This document shows positions 21,319-30,149 of a stretch of 64,000 nucleotides of DNA, piece after piece. Below the pieces are notes generated by a model. It had not been told where the DNA came from. It did no database searches and worked only from the letters and a program-made list of their open reading frames with translations. Every line of letters begins with the position of its first letter. Position 1 is the first letter of the stretch. The stretch spans positions 1 to 64,000 of the forward strand of contig JBBRAE010000008.1 of NCBI GenBank assembly GCA_038207085.1, read 5' to 3'. The DNA comes from Armatimonadota bacterium. Lineage in GTDB: Bacteria > Armatimonadota > UBA5829 > DTLH01. The translations under genes and the position numbers were made by a program.

Positions 21319-22548
21319 GTGGAAAAGCTTTCCGTTAACGAACAGTTTGAGTTCCTGAAGCGTGGGACGGTTGAGATCATTCCCGAAGAGGAGCTGAAAA
21401 AGAAGCTCGAAAAGTCTACGCGCGAGGGCAAACCCCTTCGCGTCAAGCTTGGGATCGACCCTACCGCGCCGGACATCCACCTTGGGTTTGCGGTTGTCTT
21501 GCGAAAGATGCGCCAGTTCCAGGACCTCGGGCACGAGGTTATCCTGATCGTCGGCGACTTTACAGCAAGCATCGGCGACCCGTCCGGCAAGTCCGAGACG
21601 CGGCCTATGCTCTCGCCCGAGCAGATTCGCGCCAACGCTGAGGCGTTTACCGAGCAGTTCTGGGATATTCTCGACCGCTCAAAGACCCAGCTCACTTTTA
21701 ACGGTGACTGGCTCGGCAAGATGACATTTAGCGATGTCGTGCGCGAGACTTCGCGTGTGACCGTCGCTCGGATACTCGAGCGCGACGACTTCCAGAAGCG
21801 GCTCGCCGAAGAGCGTCCTGTGGGGCTCCATGAGCTTATGTATCCGATTGCCCAGGCGCTCGACTCGGTCGAGATCAGGGCCGACGTTGAGCTTGGCGGG
21901 ACGGACCAGAAGTTTAATATTATGATGGGCCGCACTCTTCAGGAAGCGCACGGTCAGGAGGCTCAGGTCGGGCTGTTCACCCCGATTTTGGTCGGTCTGG
22001 ATGGCGTGCAAAAGATGTCTAAGTCGCTCGGCAACTACATCGGGATTCGCGAGCCCGCCAAGGATATGTTCGGCAAGGCTATGTCGATCCCAGACGAGGC
22101 GATGCCGATGTACTTCGAGCTTGTAACCGACATGCCGATGGACGAAGTCGCGAAGATCAAGGCTGACCTCGCAAGCGGTGCCATGCACCCGATGGACGCG
22201 AAAAAGCGCCTGGCGTGTGAGATCACCAAGATTTATCGCGGTGCAGAAGCTGCCGAGTATGAGCGGGCCGAGTTTGAGCGCGTTTTCAGCAACAGGGAGC
22301 TTCCCGCTGACATGCCCGAGTTTGAGATTAATCGCTCTGACCTGAAAGATGGCAAGATCTGGCTTCCCAAGCTCCTGGTCGCGGCTGGCGCGGCTGGCGG
22401 CACGGGTGAGGCTCGAAGGCTGATCCAGCAGGGTGGGGTGACGATCGACGGCGAGAAGATCGCTGATCCCGGCGCTGAGATCGAGCCCAAAGACGGCCAG
22501 GTCGTGCGCGCCGGTAAGCTTAAGTATTGGGTAAACAAGGTAGTATAG
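21319..22548 (+). CDS. tyrS: Tyrosine--tRNA ligase
   Basis: GIDPTAPDIHLG, ELGGTDQKFN, KMSKS; C-terminal S4 domain. Confidence 0.98.
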   Translation: MEKLSVNEQFEFLKRGTVEIIPEEELKKKLEKSTREGKPLRVKLGIDPTAPDIHLGFAVVLRKMRQFQDLGHEVILIVGDFTASIGDPSGKSETRPMLSPEQIRANAEAFTEQFWDILDRSKTQLTFNGDWLGKMTFSDVVRETSRVTVARILERDDFQKRLAEERPVGLHELMYPIAQALDSVEIRADVELGGTDQKFNIMMGRTLQEAHGQEAQVGLFTPILVGLDGVQKMSKSLGNYIGIREPAKDMFGKAMSIPDEAMPMYFELVTDMPMDEVAKIKADLASGAMHPMDAKKRLACEITKIYRGAEAAEYERAEFERVFSNRELPADMPEFEINRSDLKDGKIWLPKLLVAAGAAGGTGEARRLIQQGGVTIDGEKIADPGAEIEPKDGQVVRAGKLKYWVNKVV

Positions 22549-22572
22549 TAGTGGCCGGTCGCTGTGCCAGCC
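22548..22572 (+). repeat. GTAG-type REP-like hairpin
   Basis: GTAGTGGCCGGTCGCTGTGCCAGCC; related to 30764-30795 and 56003-56027. Confidence 0.6.
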
Positions 22573-22597
22573 TATCGACAACACGGAGAAATTTGCA

Positions 22598-23098
22598 ATG
22601 CTAACACAATGCGCGAAGGACATTATGACGGTTGATGTCGTCACGGTAAAGCGTGGCGCGTCGATGGATGAGGCGCTTCGGCTTATGGCCGAGCACCACG
22701 TCAGCGGGCTTCCGGTTGTCGACCAGGATGGGTGCGTCGAGGGTATTATCACCGAGTCCGACGTACTTCTTAAGGGTCAGGCGCGGATGAGCAGGCCGCC
22801 TCGTGCGCTTGCTGGTGACTGGCAGGTGCCCGATTCCATAGTAGACGAGGCCTATCGCAAGGCGAGTGCCGACACGGTTGAGGAGGCTATGTCCTCCAAG
22901 GTCGTCACATTCGGCGAGGACTCCGCCATCACCGACATCGCACGGGTGATGATCGAAAAGCAGATCAACCGAGTCCCGATCATCCGGGATTGTAAGTTAG
23001 TCGGCATAGTCAGCCGCCGCGACATAGTCCGAGCAATGGCCCGAGCCGTCACCGGCCCGGCTCCATCGAACAAGAAGCAACGGCGGATTAATCTGTAG
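22598..23098 (+). CDS. CBS domain pair protein
   Basis: DIMT.DVVTV, SGLPVVD..G.VEGIITESD, INRVPII..LVGIVSRRDI. Confidence 0.92.
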   Translation: MLTQCAKDIMTVDVVTVKRGASMDEALRLMAEHHVSGLPVVDQDGCVEGIITESDVLLKGQARMSRPPRALAGDWQVPDSIVDEAYRKASADTVEEAMSSKVVTFGEDSAITDIARVMIEKQINRVPIIRDCKLVGIVSRRDIVRAMARAVTGPAPSNKKQRRINL

Positions 23099-23305
23099 CT
23101 TTTTTGGAGCGCTGCATCTCGATGCCGCACTCCACACTGCGGAAATGCTTGATACGCCCTAGTTTGTCGAGCTTCGGACATATATTTCTCCAATTATGCA
23201 CCCGCCTGTCGTTTGACCAGTCGCAAAACAGGCGAACATGCATGTAAGTAACGCTCTTGGTTTATGCCGAGGCTTTCTACTGACGGATTGGAGGAAAAGA
23301 TCGCT

Positions 23306-24001
23306 ATGAACGCTTTAAGAATTGCCGTATTATGCTGCATTGCGCTTGCGATGGTTCTTGTTGCGGGGTGCAAGAGCAAGGATAGCACTCCGCCGGTCGG
23401 CTCAGGACCGGCAAGCTCTATGGTCAGATTTGTGCATGCCAGCCCCAACGCACCGGTGGTTGATGTTGTCGCCGGAGGCAAGGCTGTGGCGCAGAACCTC
23501 GCTTACATGCAGGTCACCGACTATGCACCCATCGTCCCGGATACCTACAAGGTGGAGGTCTTCCCCACCGGAACCCGGGAAAACGCTTTGATAAAGAAAG
23601 ATGTCACAGTGGCGGCGGGCAAGAGCTACACCGCGCTCGTGATTGGAATGCTTGAGAACATCAAGCCACTGCTCCTGGTCGATGACATGACCGCCCCACC
23701 CGCAGGTCAGGCCAAGGTCCGGTTTGTGCATGTGAGCCCGGATGCGCCTGCGATTGACATCAGCATCCCAGCGTCGAGCCTGACGCTCACCCGCAACCTG
23801 TCATTCGGCACGGCGAGCCCTTACATCACTGTAACCGGGGGCACCTATGATGTAAACGTTATGCCTTCGGGGCAGAGTGGCAACATCGTGCTCGTTGTGA
23901 ACGATGTAAACGTCGTTGCCGGTAATGTCTACACCGTGGTAATCATGGGCCGCGTCGCGACCAATACTCTGATGTCGCAAACTCTGATCGATAACCCATA
24001 G
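23306..24001 (+). CDS. DUF4397-family lipoprotein
   Basis: Lipobox LVAGC; two VRFVH(A/V)SP(N/D)AP repeats. Confidence 0.85.
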   Translation: MNALRIAVLCCIALAMVLVAGCKSKDSTPPVGSGPASSMVRFVHASPNAPVVDVVAGGKAVAQNLAYMQVTDYAPIVPDTYKVEVFPTGTRENALIKKDVTVAAGKSYTALVIGMLENIKPLLLVDDMTAPPAGQAKVRFVHVSPDAPAIDISIPASSLTLTRNLSFGTASPYITVTGGTYDVNVMPSGQSGNIVLVVNDVNVVAGNVYTVVIMGRVATNTLMSQTLIDNP

Positions 24002-24055
24002 AGTCGCTGGCAAGAGTTCGCATTGTATCGGGGACACCTGTCCCCGATACTTGTT

Positions 24056-24865
24056 CTACGACAAATCCTCAAGTCCAAGCAGCTTCGCTGCATTGTTACC
24101 GAGCACCGCATCGATCTCTTCACTCGAAAGCGCAAGCGCACGGATTCCGTCGAGCTCAGCCGAGTGCGGGGTCCAGGGGGAGTCGGTGCCAAAGAGAATC
24201 TTCTCGGCTCCGTGGGCTTTGATCATCGCGGCCATGCGCTCCGGGCCCATGTCGGCAAGAGAATAGGACGTGTCAAGATATAGGTCGCGGCCGATCAGGT
24301 GTTTTTCGACATCGTCCCACATCAAGTAGCCCCCCATGTGTGCAGCGATTGCAGTTAGGTCTGGCACTTCGTCGAGCACGTGAGCGAGCCTGTCCGGGGT
24401 CGCGTGGGTTGGGGGAGGCAGGCCGATGTCTACGCCTGCGTGGAACAGGACGACGAGCCCTGCGTCGGCAAGCAGGTGATACATCGGGATCACCTCGGGA
24501 TCATCTACGAAGAAAGCCTGATAGTCGGGGTGGAGTTTGATCCCCCGGATGCCGTCGGCTTTCATCTGTTCGATCTCTGCGGCCCACTGGGCCGGTGCAA
24601 ACGGGTGCAGGCTTCCAAACGAGATCAGTTCGGGATATGTCTCGCGCACTTCAACTGCCCAGGAATTGATCACACGGGTCTGCGTCGGTTTGGTCGCGAT
24701 CGGCATAATGACGGCCAAGTCTACTCCGGCCTCCCTGATGGCCTTCGCGAGCCCCGAGCACGTGCCGTCGGTAAAGGCGAGGCAGTCGCAGTTATGAGTG
24801 AGCGTCCCGATCGCCCGCGGTGCCAGGTCGTCGGGGAACGCGTGCGCGTGAATGTCGATAATCAT
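24056..24865 (-). CDS. Amidohydrolase family protein (Amidohydro_2)
   Basis: IDIHAH, GIKLHPDYQ, FHAG, AHMGG and LFGTDSPW motifs. Confidence 0.92.
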   Translation of the reverse strand: MIIDIHAHAFPDDLAPRAIGTLTHNCDCLAFTDGTCSGLAKAIREAGVDLAVIMPIATKPTQTRVINSWAVEVRETYPELISFGSLHPFAPAQWAAEIEQMKADGIRGIKLHPDYQAFFVDDPEVIPMYHLLADAGLVVLFHAGVDIGLPPPTHATPDRLAHVLDEVPDLTAIAAHMGGYLMWDDVEKHLIGRDLYLDTSYSLADMGPERMAAMIKAHGAEKILFGTDSPWTPHSAELDGIRALALSSEEIDAVLGNNAAKLLGLEDLS

Positions 24866-24947
24866 CTTAAGTCCGTCGTCCTTTATTAAGCTTTCCTGTT
24901 AATTCTACCCTTGAATACGCCCCGAGGTCAACGAAGAATCGTCCTAC

Positions 24948-25004
24948 TTGCATTCACTCGATCCCGATGATATACTTCAGTTACGGTTGTGAAATCGTGC
25001 ACGA
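24948..25004 (+). promoter_or_regulatory. rex promoter with Rex operator-like site
   Basis: TTGCAT-N17-TATACT (24948-24976), then TTGTGAAATCGTGCACGA (24987-25004), 2 mismatches to TTGTGAA-N4-TTCACAA. Confidence 0.75.
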
Positions 25005-25035
25005 TTCATTTTGAACTGTCCTCCAGGTGTGACTG

Positions 25036-25680
25036 ATGCGAAAAAACAACGGCCACAAAGTCCCAATGCCAACGCTTGAGCGACTTGCCACATATCTCAC
25101 CTCGCTAACCGAGCTTGCCGATCAGCAGGTGCAGACGGTATCCTCAAGCGACATCGAGCAGGTTACCGGGATCAACGCGGCTCAGTTCCGCAAGGACCTG
25201 TCCTACTTCGGCGAGTTCGGGCGACCGGGCATCGGCTACAATGTGCTGGAGCTAAGGAGTTGGATCGCCCAAATCCTCAAAGTCGAACGCGAGCAGCCCG
25301 TCATCCTCGTCGGCGCGGGAAACCTCGGGAGCGCGCTTGTGGGTTACGCGGGGCTTGGTATTCAGAACTTTCGGATCTGTGGCGTCTTTGACAACAACTA
25401 CAACAAGATCGGACGCAGGCTCTGGGACCAGGAGATTATGGACGTCGCGACGATTGTCGAGGCGAACAGCGAGATTCAGGCGCGCATCGGGGTGATCGCG
25501 GTTCCGGCGAGCGTGGGTCAGGATGTCGCCAACAGAATGATCGAGGCCGGAGTCAAGTCGATTCTCAACTTTGCGCCGACCAGGCTTAAGGTTCCAGAGG
25601 GCGTGGTCGTGCGAAATGTCGACTTTGTGCAGGAACTAGCCGTTCTCGCGTTTCATCTGTCGGAAGATGAATCCGAATGA
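25036..25680 (+). CDS. rex: Redox-sensing transcriptional repressor Rex
   Basis: TLERLATY, QFRKDLSYFGEFGRPGIGY, LVGAGNLG Rossmann motif, ILNFAP. Confidence 0.97.
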   Translation: MRKNNGHKVPMPTLERLATYLTSLTELADQQVQTVSSSDIEQVTGINAAQFRKDLSYFGEFGRPGIGYNVLELRSWIAQILKVEREQPVILVGAGNLGSALVGYAGLGIQNFRICGVFDNNYNKIGRRLWDQEIMDVATIVEANSEIQARIGVIAVPASVGQDVANRMIEAGVKSILNFAPTRLKVPEGVVVRNVDFVQELAVLAFHLSEDESE

Positions 25681-26099
25681 GGAAATACATGAAGAACTTC
25701 ACCATCGCCGCCGCGATCGTGCTTGTGGCCTCCGGGATAATCGTCGCCGCCCCCTCCAAAGACGCGAAGTACATCGGCGCGGACAAGTGCAAATCATGCC
25801 ACTCGACCGAGCACAAGGGCTGGAGCAAGACCGCGCATGCCCGGGCGTTTGATCAGCTCGCGAACGTCGGGCAGGAGAAAAACGGTGACTGCCTGCCCTG
25901 CCACACAACCGGTTACGGCATCGGCGGGTTCACCAATGAAGCTGCGACCCCGAACTTCAAAGCGGTGCAGTGCGAGAGTTGCCACGGGCCGGGAAGCGAG
26001 CACAACGGCGACGCCACAAAGATCGTGCGGGCGCCTTCCTCAATCATCTGCGCGGGCTGCCACCAAAGCCACGGACTTCACCCCAAAAGCAGCATGTAA
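25677..26099 (+). CDS. Exported tetraheme c-type cytochrome (c554/C-prime-like)
   Basis: Signal peptide; YIGADKCKSCH..W..T.HARA; 4 CxxCH (CKSCH, CLPCH, CESCH, CAGCH); ATGA overlap with the rex stop. Confidence 0.9.
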   Translation: MRKYMKNFTIAAAIVLVASGIIVAAPSKDAKYIGADKCKSCHSTEHKGWSKTAHARAFDQLANVGQEKNGDCLPCHTTGYGIGGFTNEAATPNFKAVQCESCHGPGSEHNGDATKIVRAPSSIICAGCHQSHGLHPKSSM

Positions 26100-26148
26100 G
26101 CAATCTTCACAGTGGTTTAAATAATCTTCAGTCACGCTTTAGTTTCCG

Positions 26149-26204
26149 TTGACAATCCTTGCAGGCTGGGGTATTATGAAACTGAACTGTGAACATCGGC
26201 ACAA
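26149..26204 (+). promoter_or_regulatory. Promoter of the 14-heme cytochrome with second Rex operator-like site
   Basis: TTGACA-N17-TATTAT (26149-26177), then CTGTGAACATCGGCACAA (26187-26204). Confidence 0.65.
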
Positions 26205-26263
26205 AGCCTGCAAGTAGCAAGCTGCGACATTCAACGCTCGTGCATGCCCGTGAAAGGGATCAG

Positions 26264-27397
26264 ATGGCTTCTGTATCGCGGTGGTCCTCAGCCATTCTGG
26301 CGACTCTTTTCTTAAGCCTCGCTGCTGTTGCGACGGCCGATACCGCGCCCGCGTCCCCCTCCGCTACCCTCAGCGCCGAGGAGTCATGCGGCAAGTGCCA
26401 CTTCGACAATTCCCCGAACGCCGTCTCCGGCAAGACCATCGAGAGCAAATACTGGAAAAGGTCCGACCACAAACGAAACGATGTCGAGTGCCTTTCCTGC
26501 CACTACGAACACGGCGGCTCGGCAGGGATGTTCAGGAAGAAGTCGCCGGATCTCTGCATCGGCTGCCACAAGGAGATCGCGAAAAAGGGCGATTACCTAC
26601 ATGCGCCGATCGCCGGAGGAGCGTGTCTTACCTGTCACAACCCTCACGGAACGAGCGCGCGCCATCAGCTTGTGAAGAACGTATCCACGTCGTGCGTCGC
26701 CTGCCACAGCCCCAAAGTCGCCAAGTTTACCCTCGCCCACAAGGGCATCGATGTTTCCACTTCGAACTGCGTCGAGTGCCATTCGGCCCATTCCCGCAAC
26801 AGGACAGCAAAGCGCATCAAACCCAGACAGCACATGCCGTTTAAGAGCGGTCAATGTGGCACGTGCCACAAACCTGGGAGCAGTGAGCTCGCCAAACCCG
26901 AGAAAGATCTCTGCGCGATCTGCCACAAAGACGTTGTCGGGTCCCCTGAGAAGGCGGGACATGCTCACGCCGCGGTTACAGAAGGGATGTGCACCCAGTG
27001 CCATTCCCCGCACGCGTCTGACGCTCCAAAGGGGCTTTACAAAGACAAACAGATTGCCAACTCCTGTTTCCTCTGCCACACAGGCGTAGAGGATGAGGTG
27101 AACTCGAAGTATAAGCACGAACCCGCGCGCGATCTCAACTGTCTCACCTGTCACAAGGGGCACTCGTCGACCCAGAAGACTTTGCTCGTCAAGGATTCGA
27201 TAGAGCTTTGCAAAGGCTGCCACAAGCCGCACGCTCATCCCTTTGGCAAGCTTGCAAACGGCAAGGTAGTCATCGACCCAACCACAAACGATATGCTCAC
27301 CTGCGCGAGTTGTCATACTCCGCACGGTTCAAACCATAACAAACTTACACATCTGGACAAGAACGCGGAACTCTGCACAATGTGCCACAAGGTGTAG
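26264..27397 (+). CDS. Exported multiheme c-type cytochrome, 14 CxxCH (paired CxxCH type)
   Basis: Signal peptide from ATG 26264; 14 CxxCH counted, mostly as CxxCHxxH..CxxCH pairs. Confidence 0.93.
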   Translation: MASVSRWSSAILATLFLSLAAVATADTAPASPSATLSAEESCGKCHFDNSPNAVSGKTIESKYWKRSDHKRNDVECLSCHYEHGGSAGMFRKKSPDLCIGCHKEIAKKGDYLHAPIAGGACLTCHNPHGTSARHQLVKNVSTSCVACHSPKVAKFTLAHKGIDVSTSNCVECHSAHSRNRTAKRIKPRQHMPFKSGQCGTCHKPGSSELAKPEKDLCAICHKDVVGSPEKAGHAHAAVTEGMCTQCHSPHASDAPKGLYKDKQIANSCFLCHTGVEDEVNSKYKHEPARDLNCLTCHKGHSSTQKTLLVKDSIELCKGCHKPHAHPFGKLANGKVVIDPTTNDMLTCASCHTPHGSNHNKLTHLDKNAELCTMCHKV

Positions 27398-27462
27398 ATA
27401 ACTAACCCGTTGTTTCGGGGACCCCGTCCCCGAAACCGACTGCTGGCATACGGCAAACTGAT

Positions 27463-28476
27463 ATGATCACAGCGAACTTCACAACTTGGCGCGTGGGCAT
27501 TGTGACAAAGTTCACTCTGCTCTTTATGATTGGAGCTATGTCGCACGCAGGCGGCACTGCGCTTCCTGAGATCAAAGATAACACCAATCTTTGCATTTAC
27601 GGATGGTCGCGCAGTGAGCCGTTCAAGAACCCCGGCGGCGTGTATTTCTATGCCAGACGCTCCGAGGTGTATGTCGCTGACTCCGGGAACCACCAGGTGC
27701 TTGTGTTCAACACCGCTGGGACGCCCGTTGCGAGGATCAGGCACAGCGTCGACTCCGAGACGCCGGGAGAGGTCCGTCAGGGTGAGCCCGTGCGGGTTGC
27801 GGTCAACTCCAGAGGCGACATCCTTTTGGTCGACGCGCTTGCGGGGTATCTCGACGTGCTCGACTACCGGGGCAAATCGATCAAACGGATATACCCCGGA
27901 GACCTGCTGGGGATGGCCCGGGATTTGGTATCGTGCTCGGCGGTTGCGGTGGATCTGGCAGACAATGTCTATCTTGCGACTGCGGGCGGCGAGGTCGCGG
28001 TGCTCATGATCGACCCGTCAGGCAAGCTTGTGCGCAAGATCGGCAAGAAGGGCCAGGGCGAAGGGGCGTTTACATCGATCACCTCGGTCTGGATCGATGG
28101 CGGTGGCAAGGTCTACACTACCGACTCCAGAGGCGAGCCGAGTGTGCAGGTGTTCTCGCCCGAAGGCAAAGTCCTGCTCGGGTTTGGGGCTCACTCGTCG
28201 GGGCCGAACAATTTCTCTCTACCCGAAGGCGTCGTAACCGACGAACTCGGCAACATCTACGTGATCGATGGGCTGCGCCACTGGATCGGCGCGTTCAGCC
28301 CGACCGGTCAGTTCATAACGAGGCTTGGCGGCGGGTTCGGTGATCGTCCCGGCGACCTTGCCTATCCGACCTCGCTCGCCGGAGACGGCAAACGGACCCT
28401 CTTTACGACCGAAAAGGTCGGGGCGAGGCTGCAGGGGTTCAATCTCAAAATCACACCACCGAAATCAGGTGATTGA
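27463..28476 (+). CDS. NHL-repeat beta-propeller protein
   Basis: FKNPGGV..VYVADSGNHQVLVF, FSLPEGVVTDELGNIYVID and LAYPTSL blades; hydrophobic N-terminus; start uncertain. Confidence 0.9.
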   Translation: MITANFTTWRVGIVTKFTLLFMIGAMSHAGGTALPEIKDNTNLCIYGWSRSEPFKNPGGVYFYARRSEVYVADSGNHQVLVFNTAGTPVARIRHSVDSETPGEVRQGEPVRVAVNSRGDILLVDALAGYLDVLDYRGKSIKRIYPGDLLGMARDLVSCSAVAVDLADNVYLATAGGEVAVLMIDPSGKLVRKIGKKGQGEGAFTSITSVWIDGGGKVYTTDSRGEPSVQVFSPEGKVLLGFGAHSSGPNNFSLPEGVVTDELGNIYVIDGLRHWIGAFSPTGQFITRLGGGFGDRPGDLAYPTSLAGDGKRTLFTTEKVGARLQGFNLKITPPKSGD

Positions 28477-28602
28477 TGATACAGGTCGGGCTTTGCCCGG
28501 CTTGGATAGTAAAACAGTATCAGTATAAGGAAAGAAGGTGAATCCTTAACTAACATTTACACTACAAAGTGTAGGGATTCAATAGTTAAGGAAGAAAAGA
28601 CC

Positions 28603-29685
28603 ATGAACAAAACGCTTCCAGTAATTGCCGTAGCGCTGATTGTAGTATTCGCAGCCGCTGTGTCATACGCCGGTGACTATCACTCAGGCGCCAACAACGT
28701 GTGTTCCGACTGCCACACCATGCACTACAGCCGCAGCCATGACACCGCGGGAGGCACGGGGACAGGTTTTACCGACCTCGGCCCCGGTGGTCTGTTCACA
28801 GGCTTGCTCCGGGATGAGCCGAACAAGCTCTGCCTGGCGTGCCATGACGGCAAGACCGACGCTCCCGACGTTCTCGGCAACAACACGAACAGCTACTCCC
28901 GCTCAGGGGGCGCGCTGAACGACACCGCCGGGACCGACGGCTATGCATCGTGGACCGGCCACACGCTCGGTTCCACATCCGCGGCTCCGGGCGGCACGTT
29001 TGCCGACGCCGAGGGGCTTGAGTGCATCGACTGCCACCATCAGCATGGTTCGGCTTCAAGTGGAAAAGACGCGACCGGAGCTACCGTCTCAAGCGCCTAC
29101 CGCAACCTGAAGTCGTGGAACGACGGCTCCGGCAACCGTGCGGTGAGCTACTCGGCCGGCGACACCAAAGACCTCACTAAGGACGTTTGGGAGGCCTACG
29201 GACACGGTTCGACGCTTGCTCAGCACTATGGGCAGGACAACGTCGGACTGCTCGAACCCGTTCAGACCAAGTCCGGTATGGCTGACTACTGCAAGAGCTG
29301 CCACACCAGCTTCCACGGCGCCAAGGGCGATGTGAACACCGTCGGCGGCGACGTGGCGACCGGGCACGATTGGCTTCGCCACCCGAATGCTGACAGCAAC
29401 ATCGGCGGTCAAACGACCAAGGGCCATTCCAACCTGGCCCGCTACAACACCAAGCTCTATCGCGTCCGCGTTATGAGCGGCTCGGGCAACTGGGGCACCC
29501 AGGGAGCAGCCTGGACCGGCGCTCCGACCGACCTTACCCCAACGTGTCTCTCCTGTCACAAGGCCCACGGCAACAAGAACGCCTTCGGCCTGGTCCTGGC
29601 AGACGGCACCGCAGCAATCGGCGAAGATGGAAACACAACTTCCACCAAGTCGACCTGCACCCAGTGCCACGTTCAGGGCGGGTAG
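28603..29685 (+). CDS. Exported hexaheme c-type cytochrome, OmcS-like
   Basis: Signal peptide; YHSG...CSDCHTMH; 6 CxxCH with the last at the C-terminus; GHTL, AYRNL, LRHP and CLSCHKAH motifs. Confidence 0.85.
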   Translation: MNKTLPVIAVALIVVFAAAVSYAGDYHSGANNVCSDCHTMHYSRSHDTAGGTGTGFTDLGPGGLFTGLLRDEPNKLCLACHDGKTDAPDVLGNNTNSYSRSGGALNDTAGTDGYASWTGHTLGSTSAAPGGTFADAEGLECIDCHHQHGSASSGKDATGATVSSAYRNLKSWNDGSGNRAVSYSAGDTKDLTKDVWEAYGHGSTLAQHYGQDNVGLLEPVQTKSGMADYCKSCHTSFHGAKGDVNTVGGDVATGHDWLRHPNADSNIGGQTTKGHSNLARYNTKLYRVRVMSGSGNWGTQGAAWTGAPTDLTPTCLSCHKAHGNKNAFGLVLADGTAAIGEDGNTTSTKSTCTQCHVQGG

Positions 29686-29711
29686 GGCGCAAGCTGTTAG
29701 CTGTTAAGTAT

Positions 29712-29743
29712 GGGCGGCGAAAGAGATTTCGCCGCCCTGTTTT
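29712..29743 (+). terminator. Rho-independent terminator
   Basis: GGGCGGCGAAA-GAGA-TTTCGCCGCCC then TGTTTT. Confidence 0.8.
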
Positions 29744-29795
29744 ACGTTCTCCCGGCGATGGCAAAAGCTCAATTCTCTCCGCGGATGCTGCGATC

Positions 29796-29831
29796 TTGAC
29801 GTCGAAATATGGTATGACTATAATAGTCATA
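29796..29831 (+). promoter_or_regulatory. vapBC promoter with palindromic operator
   Basis: TTGACG-N17-TATAAT; perfect palindrome TATGACTAT-A-ATAGTCATA (29813-29831) covers the -10. Confidence 0.8.
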
Positions 29832-29855
29832 TTAAGAGTATTAGGTGTACATATT

Positions 29856-30149
29856 ATGCGAACTGCAGCGATAGCGAAGCTAAAGGCGGGATTGTCCGGG
29901 TACCTTGAGAGCGTGAAAGGCGGAGAGCAGGTTGTGGTTACAGACCGTGGCCGTCCGGTGGCGCTCATTGTGCCTATTGATCCGAATATATCTATGGATG
30001 AGAGACGAGCGGAACTTGTCGCCAAGGGGCTGGTAAGGCCCGGTTGTGGATCAATCCCGGTGGATTTGATAGAAGGGGCCGTCGTTTCCGGTCTGACATC
30101 TGAGCGTGCGCTTCAGGCTGTTATTGAAGACCGCGAGGACAGAGTATGA
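29856..30149 (+). CDS. vapB: Phd/YefM-family antitoxin
   Basis: MRTAAIAKLKAGLSGYLESVKGGEQVVVTDRGRPVALIVP; overlaps the PIN gene by ATGA. Confidence 0.9.
   Translation: MRTAAIAKLKAGLSGYLESVKGGEQVVVTDRGRPVALIVPIDPNISMDERRAELVAKGLVRPGCGSIPVDLIEGAVVSGLTSERALQAVIEDREDRV

Noticed and set aside
26094..26112. Third Rex box ATGTAAGCAATCTTCACAG
   Set aside because: Wrong spacing and weak left arm.
29544..29855. N-terminal extension of the antitoxin ORF (201 aa in the track)
   Set aside because: It overlaps the cytochrome, its terminator and the vapBC promoter; the real start is 29856.
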